64,000 bases of DNA from the NCBI RefSeq assembly GCF_041956535.1, contig NW_027192196.1, positions 861,823 to 925,822 on the forward strand. Direction: 5' to 3'. The translations under genes were made by a program, and so were the position numbers. Origin of the DNA: Calcarisporiella thermophila CBS 279.70 (lineage: Eukaryota > Fungi > Calcarisporiellomycota). Positions 34,517-45,028 of the stretch are shown one piece after another; the first letter of the stretch is position 1, and every line of letters starts with the position of its first letter. Below the pieces are notes generated by a model that saw nothing but the letters and a program-made list of their open reading frames with translations, did not search any database and was not told the DNA's origin.

Positions 34517-36432
34517 ATGAGCAAGGACTATGTTGATAACCAGGGGGAGATAATAGAGAGTGGCCTTTCTCTCCAGTTGGAGGAAATATTGGCCGAGTTT
34601 GAATTGCTAGAGAAGACATTTCGTGGGGTGCAATACATAGATAATACAGAGCTGGACACTGAACTTGCTCTAGCCGTGGATCGGCCTGGTCCGCTGGAGG
34701 ACAAAGCGAAGCACAATGACGAGAGTGAGCGGAGTTCCGGGGAGACTATGGAAAAATATGGGAGGACTGAGGGCCATGACGAGAGCAGAGTGGGCTGCCA
34801 GCTTTTAATGACGGGAAAGGGGCTGCAATTTCAACTTCGACTCTCCACTTTGGGAGACGTCCTGCGGCTCTTTTGTGCCAAGGACCAGCAGGTCTCCATA
34901 GGCTCCTCCCTTCTGGGCGACTTTGAGCTGCGTGCTGACGGCAAAATGCCTCGATGGAGCACCTCAACTAGCCGTTGCACGGTACTATTTCGCCTTGGCC
35001 GGGAGTTTCAGAATACATCGACCATGGTCGGAGCCGACTTGCATCCGCCCCTGCCGCCCCGACTTGCGGATTTTCTTTTTCACGTTTACGCGTCGAATTG
35101 CCTCTATATTTTCCAGCACCCTGATCGCGCGGAGCTACTGGAGCGCTACTATAGCCGATCTCTTCCGGCCACCCTGCTCTACCCGGCTCTGGCCTGGGCC
35201 GCCGCCCATACAGCCGCATCTCATTCTCGCATCCCATATCAAAAACGGCTTCCGGAGCTGATCCCGGCTCTCCTGATGAAAGCGAAGACCGCGATCGAGG
35301 ATGCGTTCGATATCCCAGCTGAGGATACCGTGTTGGGCCTACTGACGATGTGGGTACACGAGAGCGAAAATGGCAATACGGCAAGTGCACACATGTATTT
35401 GAAACACGCGGTGGTCATGGCAAGGATATTAAACATGGAACGAGAGCATGGTAATAGCTTGCACTCTGAAATGAGAAGAAGAATCTGGTAAGCGCACTTC
35501 CCGGTGTTCATGCTGTCTTGGGACAAAAAAATCCCTAAATAAGATGGGATTGCGCTGATTTTTTTACAAAGGTGTTCCCTGTGTGTCTGCGATCTACTGA
35601 TGGTTGCCACCGAGAAAACGGAGCCGCTCATTCCTCTCGAGACCATCCTAGTGTCGCCTCACCCCAAGGCCATGCCGGGCGAGGGCCCTGAGACGGAGAT
35701 TTTCCTGGTACCTATTCTTCTAGCAATCGCTCCATCGAGCATCAATCCATTCATCCCCTTTGCTCTTAATAGATGGTCATTGTGCACATGATCGGGTTCT
35801 TCACGCGACTCTTCGAGATCCCCGAGCTCGATCTCACCCAACCGGACAGCGAGGTTGTTTCCTCATTGGTGCGCGTCTCCATTCTATTAAAACAAAGGCA
35901 GCTTGAAGGGCGGCGCCTTATCCACGAGAAAAGATTCGCATGCTACGAGTGGGCCGCCGCCAATGTGCATGCAGGTTTCAATAATGGCTGGGGGCATCTA
36001 TGGCGCCGCTTTTTGGAGGCGAGAGTTCCCCCCGAACGCTATCATTCGCCTTTGATGCGCGAGTTGCGCGACATTGCCGTTCAGGAATCGGCCAAAGTGA
36101 TCCAGCAATTTTCAAGCGGCCTGCAAGAGGCAGCGCGCCTTCACTCGTGGTGCCGCCTCGTGCAGCTCGATGCCCACGTGCAAGACATCTGTCATCTCTT
36201 TCGGTGTCTTTCCAAGCATCTCCCCGGTCACCCGATCTACATTCAAAGCGCACTGAGCTTGGCAATATGCGTGCGGACCCTTGGGGAGCAGCCGGAGAAG
36301 GACTACGGGGTGGTGAAGCGCATTTGCCATGAATTGGTGAAAACCCTGGAGGCCACCGAGCCTGGAATGCTGCGCTATGCCGAGAGGAAGGAGAAAAGAC
36401 ATTTTCGGTTCAAATCAATCCAATTCCCCTAG
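34517..36432 (+). CDS. Fungal TF middle-homology-region protein, paralog 2 (tandem duplicate)
   Basis: Colinear with paralog 1 (LMTGKGLQFQLRLSTLGDVLRLF; LADFLFHVY; AFDIPAEDTVLGLLTM; EMRRRIW; CRLVQLDAH; FRFKSIQFP), with the same intron positions. Confidence 0.75.
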
Positions 36433-37289
36433 GCAGCTCACCCCCCCCCCCCCCGTTGGCCGGTAGTCCTTTGGCCAGTATGGCCTTTGGTTTCAGCCCT
36501 CCGGTTTGTAACGAAAGCTTGCTCGAGATTCTTGTTTCACTCTCCGTCGGGAAAAACGCGCCGGGACCGCTTCGCACTTATGATTATATTGGACCAATTG
36601 AAACGGTGCAGAACGCTCTCTAAAATTAAGCGGGGGGATAATTATAGCGGTGCGTTTATCTCTACCGAGCTTCTATTAGAATCAGGTTAAGGCGAGCCAA
36701 ACACGGATCCGTCTGCAAAGGAATCCAGAAATATAGAGTTGGATTCTAGGCCAAGGCATGAAGAGACCCGGCAGGCTCGCCACGGTGGGCCGGCTCGATT
36801 CCGGCCTCTCTTCGAATCCTTGTTTCTCACTCTCTTCACTTATTTTTGGATTCGTCCTCGCCTCCCCTCAGCCATCCGCCAAAGGTTTCGCGCCACCGAC
36901 TGGGCAAAATTTCCCGTTCCAACGACTCTAAATTGGGCCACCTTAGGGATCAAATCGGCTGCGTTATGCTGGGGCAGGGGATGGGCCTAGTATTTTGCAC
37001 TCCAGAGCACTCCATTTCAATAAAGATATGCTCAGGTCGGCGGGTTTAGTTTTGTTATCTTTTATTGAAAATCGAGTATACACAAGTTAGAGGTGAAAAT
37101 ACACAAACTACATGGTAATAACAGGAAGTGACTAAAGGTACAGGCAGAGATGACATTTACAATGGGGAAGGGGAGAGAAAGAAGGTGGGAAGACACGACC
37201 CCGACGAAGATTGAATCCTTCCAAAACCAAACAAAAACCAAGAATACCCGAGGACAAGGCCCATCTCCCCAATCGACTCACGAACCTGC

Positions 37290-37845
37290 CTACCACACCT
37301 GATAGGAGAAGGGCCGCCTCTCGCTCTCCCTCCTGCTCGCTTGTCCCGGCATCACAAAGGCGGGGGCCACCGACTCCAGATCCCTCGCGCCAAACGAGTA
37401 CATCTTTTGCCTCATATTCTCCAGGCGCTTGAGCCGCCTCTGCCGCCTCCGCCTCCAAGCCCATACGCCTACAAACACCGCGCCCACCACCGCGACGGCA
37501 AGGATCCCTCCGACGATTCCTCCGATGACATGAGAGCTGTCACGGGAATAGCGGGGGGGATGTTCGGGGGGGCGGGAAGCCAGGGTCTGTTGTTGGGCCC
37601 TGGACACGGCGGGAGTGGGGGGGGTCTTGATCTCCGGATGCCGTTGCAGTTCGGAATCGATCGCGGGTAGCCGGAGAGAGGGCTGGCGACGTCACCGCTG
37701 GCGGGAGGGTGGGAGTGCGGAGCACGGCTGCGGAGGCAGAGCCGAGCGGGAATCTTGTGGGAGCGTTTGTGGAAATCTGGACTATGATCGAGGTCCTGTA
37801 GAGAGTGCTGAGTTGCACGGAGGGTGGGGTAGAAAAACTTGACAT
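37290..37845 (-). CDS. Single-pass membrane protein split by a 1-nt frameshift in a G8 run (184 aa if corrected)
   Basis: An S/T/P-rich ORF (MSSFSTPPS...GDQDPP) joins the TM ORF (VIGGIVGGILAVAVVGAVFVGVWAWRRRR) if one G of 37617-37624 is removed. Confidence 0.6.
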
Positions 37846-38133
37846 TGGCGAAATCAGTGAAAAGGGGGGCGACTTCACACGGGTAAAGATGGCATTATAA
37901 ATACATAGATAGATCAACCACGCTCAAGAGCGTAGAAAAAAAAGAAAAAAAAAAGCAGAGATGGGCGAAGTGCACCCGACAAGCTGGAACAAGAGGAGGA
38001 AATCTTACTGGAGTGCTCAGGCCGGAAGAAACCTGGGATGCGCAATGGGAATCTCTGCCTGATTTGCCACCCGAGAAATTGCCCAGCTTTGTAAACAATC
38101 GATAAAAAACGAGTCAAAAATAGAACCGATTCC

Positions 38134-39296
38134 ATGTTACGCATTGGTCTCGATCATTTCACGCGATGCTCATACTCAACCGCCCCCAAATCCATCAAAC
38201 AGACGCTGCTTGAGGCGGTCGCCCCCGGAAAGGAGCTCTCCAACCGAAAGCGCTTCAATCTCATCCGGCCCGATCCATCCATTGTGCGGGAGATTGCGGA
38301 GGAGGGCCATGGGCTGGATCGGCGCCACTACACCGATCACTTGAAGAAGAAGCGGAAGCGGGGAGAAAATGCAGAGGATGTCCATGTAAGTCTGAATGGG
38401 TTGTGGGCAGGATTCAGATCTGATTGATTGATTCCCGCGCGTAGTTTCCGAGCATCCACTTCTTTGCCGGGGCCAAGCTCCCCTCCTCTTTCCCTCCCGA
38501 GAGCGAGCCCGAGATTGGGTTCGTGGGACGTTCTAATGTTGGTACCTATCTGCAGGCACTAATCTCTGTCCAATTTGGCATTACAACCCCCATTGACCCT
38601 ATGCTCTATGTAGGAAAGTCGAGTCTCATCAACACCCTTGCCAATTCCACCGTGGTCCGCACCAAAGACAAGCCTGGGGTGACCCAGCAGATTAATTTCT
38701 TCGGCGCCAACGGGAAGTTCACGCTGGTGGATATGCCCGGCTATGGATTCGCCTTTGCAACCGAGGAAGCACGGGCACAATGGTGGGAGTTGGTAACCCA
38801 GCCAAAACCTATTTGTTTCCTCCCCTCTCCCGGGAGATGCTAGTGGAGCTAACCCGAGTTTATGTGTTGGATAGATGGAAACCTTTGTCGCGACAAGAAA
38901 AACACTCAAGCGCATCTATGTATTGCTGGACGCGCGGCATGGCTTCAAGCAAGCCGACAAGGCCTTTCTCGACGTACTAGATTCAAAGCGGGTTAAGTGG
39001 GAGGTGATCTTAACCAAGTGTGACCTTGTTCTGCCGCCTGATCTCGCGCGGCGACACTGGCTTGTAAGTCAGGTAGGATTGGTATCTTGTTTATCCCTTC
39101 CCTGGCCCTTGTTCTCACGTGTGTCTATGGTTAGGAGGTGAGCGAGTATAGACATGCTCTGAAGCGGGTCATGATGGTAAGCGCCCACACCGGCGCGGGC
39201 ATAGACAAGGTCAGAAAGGATATCCTGCACAATGTCGGCTATCACCTTCCCTCTGCCTTGTCCGGTTCGAAAAGGAACCATCCTCCAGAGAAATAA
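38134..39296 (+). CDS. EngB/YihA-family GTPase, probably mitochondrial (Mrx8/GTPBP8-like), 5 exons
   Basis: PEIGFVGRSNV/GKSSLIN (G1), KPGVTQQINFF (G2), LVDMPGYG (G3), LLDARHG, ILTKCD (G4), VSAHTGAGI (G5). Confidence 0.92.
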
Positions 39297-39552
39297 ATAG
39301 AGGCCATCTTCACACCCCTATATGAAATACAATTCGAATTAGTCAAATTGCTGAACATTAATTGCAGTTTTCGAAGACCAATTCTTCAAATGGAAGCTTG
39401 CCGATCATTTCCTTATGTGTGTTCGTGTGAACCATCGGCGTACTAGGATAACGGCCAAATGAATTTTTCTTTTCTCTCTACGCTATTTGAGCATTCTTCT
39501 CGAACCATTTTTACATACAGAACAGCCTAGCTCTCTTGTCCTTTATATCATC

Positions 39553-39951
39553 ATGTCGTCGAATCAGCAACAAAGTAGTAGTATTCGCTTTGAATTCATC
39601 TGTATCATTTCCCATGACAAGGCTGTAACTGATCAATCGTATCCATGACTATGTAGACAAACGCTACGAACCCGCCCAAGAGCGCATGAACTTCACAACA
39701 GAGCCGGCCTCTATGCCCAGAGCTGTATGCAGCTTTCCTTCATGGAGCAGTTTGATGTCTTCCATCTTGTTTTTCTTCAAACTCAACCCTCTATTTTGCA
39801 ATAGTCATTCCAGCAACAGCCGAATCTGCCGCAACAGCAGCCTTCCACGCAAAATTCGGGAGAACGACGCCGCTCCTGGGTGAGGAGAGTGAGCGATCAC
39901 ATGATGAGCAACACAACCAACCTGTCGGACGAAGTGCATTTTCTTGGCTGA
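39553..39951 (+). CDS. Putative 80-aa Gln-rich hydrophilic microprotein, 3 exons
   Basis: Introns ~39581-39656 and 39725-39804 give MSSNQQQSSNKRYEPAQERMNFTTEPASMPRASFQQQPNLPQQQPSTQNSGERRRSWVRRVSDHMMSNTTNLSDEVHFLG*. Confidence 0.6.
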
Positions 39952-40149
39952 AATGCAGGGCATTACTCATGCTCATGGGAGCGACCCTCAATTCTTTTCG
40001 TTTAGTACATGAATGGATTTTTATTTTATTTCTTTCCCACCCATAGTGTAAGGTTCAGTGTCTGCTGGCCCTTCTCGCCAGATGTTTATTTTTTTGTTCA
40101 TATTTCACATCTCTCTGGAATCTATTGTATGTAAAGGAATGAAGTCGAG

Positions 40150-40170
40150 TATATATATATATATATATAT
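40150..40170. repeat. (TA)n microsatellite
   Basis: About 10 TA units in the intergenic/3' UTR region. Confidence 0.9.
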
Positions 40171-40589
40171 GTAGTTAATACGCATCTGAGCCTCATCATG
40201 AGAAAAATAAAGATACATGGACACTAAATAGGAAAAATATACAATAAAGTAATAGCCTAGAAGAAAAGATTTTTTGAAATAAAAAAGTACGAAAGAAAGA
40301 TGTTTCGGGTTCAGGTATATTCTTGTTCCTCCGAAATGAGAAAAGAGAGCGAGAAGGAGAGGAAGAGAATAAAAGGAGAAAGAAACATCAAAGAGCGATG
40401 GAGTGGGGGGGGGGGGAGAAGGGGAACACAGAGAAAAGGATTTTGCAAGGAAAGAGTTATAATACAAGAGAAAAGGGCGTAATTTTGAACAACTGACTGA
40501 AAACAAAAGTCTAAGCAAAGCCAACGATAAATAGCAAACTAAGAGAATAAAGAGTGCACTAATGTTTCAAAAGCCCAATAATAGGCGAT

Positions 40590-41404
40590 TCAAGGTGGAA
40601 ATGTCCGCTGACCATATTTATCCTTCTCCGTCCGGGACGGAGGGCAAGCATCTCCGGATGCCAACGGTCGCACGCTATCGCTGGCCAATGGCATACCATA
40701 TCCCGGGAGCGATATTGGGGTAGGCGTGTGCACCGGGGTAGGTGTGGGGGTAGGGGTGGGGGTGGTGAGGGGGTCGGACGGGAGGTGAGGCACACTATGA
40801 ATAGGTGAAATTTTCGGTTGTAGCGGTGAACTACTATGTTCAGAGGGAGAGAGAAATAGGGGTGGACAGACCTCATGCGGGTAATCCGAGCTCTCGAGCC
40901 CGAGTTGGGTCGGTGAAGTCTGGTCGGAGGGTCTCCTGTCCCCGGGCTCATTGGCGGCATTGTTGAGGATGTATTGTAGGCTGGCCTTGCTGGATGTTTT
41001 CTCTAGAATAGGCACAGAATGTATTAGGAATGAGAGGTTTTGAATTTGGAGGGAAGAAAAACAACTGCCGAGGAAAATGGACATGGTCATGCATGTAGAC
41101 AAGTACCTTGGGTCTGCACCCGCTTTCGATAGCTGCGAGTTGCCCGCTGGTTGCCCTGCTGTAGATACCGGGCATACTTTTCCGGGTTTTGCTCCTTCAT
41201 GCGTTGGCGGTAACGCTGCATTTTGACGGCATTGCTGCTGCTGTTGTGAGAGGGCGGGGAGGATGTCGTGGTCGGCGATTGCGATCGGCCGGCCGAGGCA
41301 AGTTCCATCTGAGACTCGGCGGTGGGCGAAGTGGCGGAGGTGGTAGAGGTTGCAGCGGGAGGCATAGGGGGGGAGGAGCGGCGGCGAGGACGGTTACTTC
41401 GCAT
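40590..41404 (-). CDS. Orphan Ser/Pro-rich protein with a basic helix (~236 aa, 2 exons); possible regulator
   Basis: Intron 41003-41106 joins ...NAVKMQRYRQRMKEQNPEKYARYLQQGNQRATRSYRKRVQTQ to EKTSSKASLQYILN... It has a pyrimidine-rich 5' UTR and a long upstream intergenic region. Confidence 0.7.
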
Positions 41405-42147
41405 GGCACCTAGGTGGTAATGCGGCTAGGGCAAGAGGAATTCGCTAATGGTTTGGAGGCGCTTATCCAATGACCAATGCGTGTGGATGGGTGAGGGGAA
41501 GTAACGAAGAGGAGTGATGGCCGGGCTGTGAAGGAGAACGAAAAACACAAAGCGGGGAGAGGAGAGGAGAGGAGAGGAGAGAGAGAAGAGGAGAGGGGGG
41601 AGGGAGAGAATATCTCACGAGTTATATATAAAAATAACACAGACAACGAAACTAAGCGAAGAAAGGTGGAGAACTACTCCAGTTCGCCTCATGTCTTTGC
41701 CTTGTTTTTTCCCCCTTTGCATCTTTTAATAATATCCTTAATACTAGTCTCCGAAGTTTCCCGCACTGCTGGACGATTCTTGTTCCGAAGCAGAGACAAG
41801 CGATGTGGAACCATTACCAAGAATCGCAGAAAGTTAGGTGGACAACTTATCTATAGTTCATACTTTCACGTGTTTCACACTTGACAAAATGCGGGGACTT
41901 TGGCACGGCTTAAGCAACCATAGGAAGCCCATATTTTCCCATAAACGGCAATCTTCCGACAGGCCAGCGAATGGCGGCGCGGATGGTAATACTCTATTTG
42001 AGGATGAGAAACATTATGTTGGGCTGTTCATAAAACACAAATCGGATGTTTTGGCCGTGGTTTGACTCAACTGTCAATTAAACGCTTCATTTTAGAATGG
42101 AACCGAAGTCGCAGATGGAAGGAAAAGCTGCTAATGACGGAGGTGGT

Positions 42148-42170
42148 GGAGGAGGAGGAGGAGGAGGAGG
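42148..42170. repeat. (GGA)n microsatellite
   Basis: About 7 GGA units. Confidence 0.85.
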
Positions 42171-45028
42171 GGCAGAGGAGCCAAGCAATCCACAGACGCT
42201 GAGGCAGCCCGGTGATTAAGCGGGCCCTCCTCTCTCCACCCTCCAATTCTATTTTGTATTACTTCATCCAATATGCCGCCTCGAGGGCTCCTGACGCACT
42301 GCTCAGCGCTTCGAGATACGATCTACGTATCACAAGCCGCATGAGATAACCTAAACCGGAGCCACCATGGCATGGGGCCGGCCGCCGCCTCACGATTGAG
42401 AACCAGAGCTCTAATTCTCATCGCGCTCTCCGGCCGATTGCAATCGGCCCTCCAAACCAGAACGGGGAGAGAACAAAATAAAATCTCGTCGGCTTCTTCT
42501 TCTCTTTTCGTTACTCTTCTAAGCACACTCTCTGACCAGCACTCGTGTCCGGTCTTGAAGCACGGTACAGGAATTCCATCTCAGCTCTGGCACACGCCCG
42601 ATCCCTTTCCCCATGCCACTCACCCCCTCCCTATATCATATGCTTATGGCCCACTTCGAAACCGCTTTTTCGGTGGCCCCAGCCTAAGCCGCGGCTAAGC
42701 AGGCGGAGGAGGAATTGGGGCGAGGAGGGGACCGGTGGGGCGGAGAGTCGATAGGCTGGAGATGGCGCGACAGCCATGCCTTTCGTGGCCAAGAGGGGGT
42801 TTCGCGGTGCGCTCGCTGAGGCAAAAAAAAAAGACACGCCTACCGGCGCCGATGCCCACAATTCATAGATCTGTTTGATCTAGGGATGATGGCTTTAGGG
42901 GAGCAAAGACCAACTTGAAAGGGTAAAGAGTTCCACGGGAAAAATAATCCAAGAGCGGTTGACAGGTCGGTTCCGATATGGGAACTCGCTTTACTAATTC
43001 TGTTTCGTGTGTGACTATTCAAGGATAAAAAAAGCGATTCAAACATTAAGAATGTGTTCAGAAGAAAACCCTCACAGGAGTAATTTCACCTGCCTGCAAA
43101 ATAAAGTCGTTAATAGAATCTTTATTGATCCCGCAAACTCATTGGCGTCGATCCACCTTTAATTATGTAACCTCTCTAACTGCTTAATTCGAATCCAAAT
43201 TAAAACCACCGGCCCACCGTCTCCGGCGACATGTTTCCATTCCATCTCGAAGATGGGCAAGATAACCAGTGATCACGCAGAGCAAGTTGAAAGACATGTT
43301 CGCCACTATCGTCCCCTCCTCCCCCCCCGTTTCCATAGTCTAGGCCAATCAGGTCTTGCTTGGGCTCTCAATATAACAGCATTCAGAAGATGCAGGTATA
43401 CCAATCGCGCACGGGATGCTTGCTCCAATGCAGCCTGATTAGAGCATGAGGAGAGATGGCCGCTTCAAGAATGTTGTGTACCATCTAGATTGGCTTTTTT
43501 GTAATTTGTTTGTAACTTGTTTTTTTTTATTCCCTCAACTTTGGGGACCAGCTCGCGTGGAGTCCAGCGTGAGATCCACGCGTGAGCTTTTTCAGATAGC
43601 ATCTCAAGATAACAATCGGGAATGAGGCCATGGGTGCAAAACGCACAAAAAGGCTTTTGACGATGGCGTGATTAGAGAATGAAAATGCTGAGCGCTTAGC
43701 ATGTGAGGACCTCTCCAGGGAAAAACGAGACTTCATTCAAAGAAGGGTTCTCCAATAAGCTGAAAAGATGAGGGGTAGCAGGGGGAAGGGTGGGGGGTCG
43801 AGAAGGAAAGAAGTGTTCTATTGGTTTCCACTTCCAATAGGTTTTACAGAGAAACATAAAGAGGCCAAAAAAAAGCAACCAAAGATAATATATTAAATAC
43901 TCCAAGTCAGCACTTTATTTGCGTTCGAAATAAGACGACCCCCCAATGAAGGACACGCTGATGTCGAATGCGCGTTCTCCCGCATTTAAATATGACTCCA
44001 CAGCCGATCGTACATCTTTGTTCTCAATCTTGCTAGTTGCGGCACTACATAGCATTAGGAAATTTAGCGGTGAGAAAGAAAGCTGCACAGCATGTAAGAG
44101 GGTAGAGCAATGAGGGGGCGGAAGGGAGCGGAGCACGGAGTAATCTGAGAATAATAGACGTTTCATTACTTACGTTAGCCCAGTGGAGCGTTTAATGCCA
44201 GCAAGTGCTGTGGAGATCAACAATGCATCCACAGCATAGTGGACGATCCTTCCGAACATAATGGCTTGTTAATGGGATATAGAATCGTATATAGATCTGG
44301 ATGTCAGAGATGGAGATCGCGTTAGGGAGGCAATTACGTTAGCTAGCTGTGAGCTGTTAGGATGGATGTCCTTGTATTCTGAGAATGAATCGATCGAAAG
44401 TTGATGTCATGGAGCAAAGAAACCACTCAAGTCAGGAGGGGGAGTGCTGCGCCCCTTGGTCTCCAAAGGGTGAGCAAATCCGTTTTTCATCCTTATCCTT
44501 GACAAGTAGTCGGAAAGTTTGGGTCTTGTCTGACATTCCAAGCGCCTAATCTCCCAATTTAGCCACTAGAGCCACGAAATAAGTCTACGAATTGTAAAAT
44601 TAACTTTCACTATTGCCAAATATTCTCGAATCGCTTTGATATGTAATTAAATATCCTCCCTATTTTTCCTTGTCGTTTGGTGTCGAAAATAGGTCGTAAA
44701 AAGATAAAGAGACGGCACCTGAAATAAAAAAGACAATCTCTTTTACTATACAAAAAAAAAAGAGAGAAAAAGAAAACTAAAGATTATGTTGTATAAACAA
44801 ACATCCACAAAAAAAAGGAGGAAGAGAAAGCGAAAGAAAGAGAAGGAAAGAGGAAGAGAAAGAGGAAGAAAACAAGGGCACTGTATCATAAAAAAAATTG
44901 AATAATAATAAGGATCAGACGGGAAACCCATTATTGATAGATAGATAGAAGAGTTCCTAGATGTTAAAAATAAACTCATCGTGATGACGTCCCAACTCCC
45001 ATGAAAGTGAAAAGAGAAAGCAGGTCAT

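Noticed and set aside
44145-44205. CTGAGA...TAATGCCAGC resembling a TPP riboswitch
   Set aside because: It lacks the ACCTGAT/P4-P5 core and pairing, and no thiamine gene is nearby.
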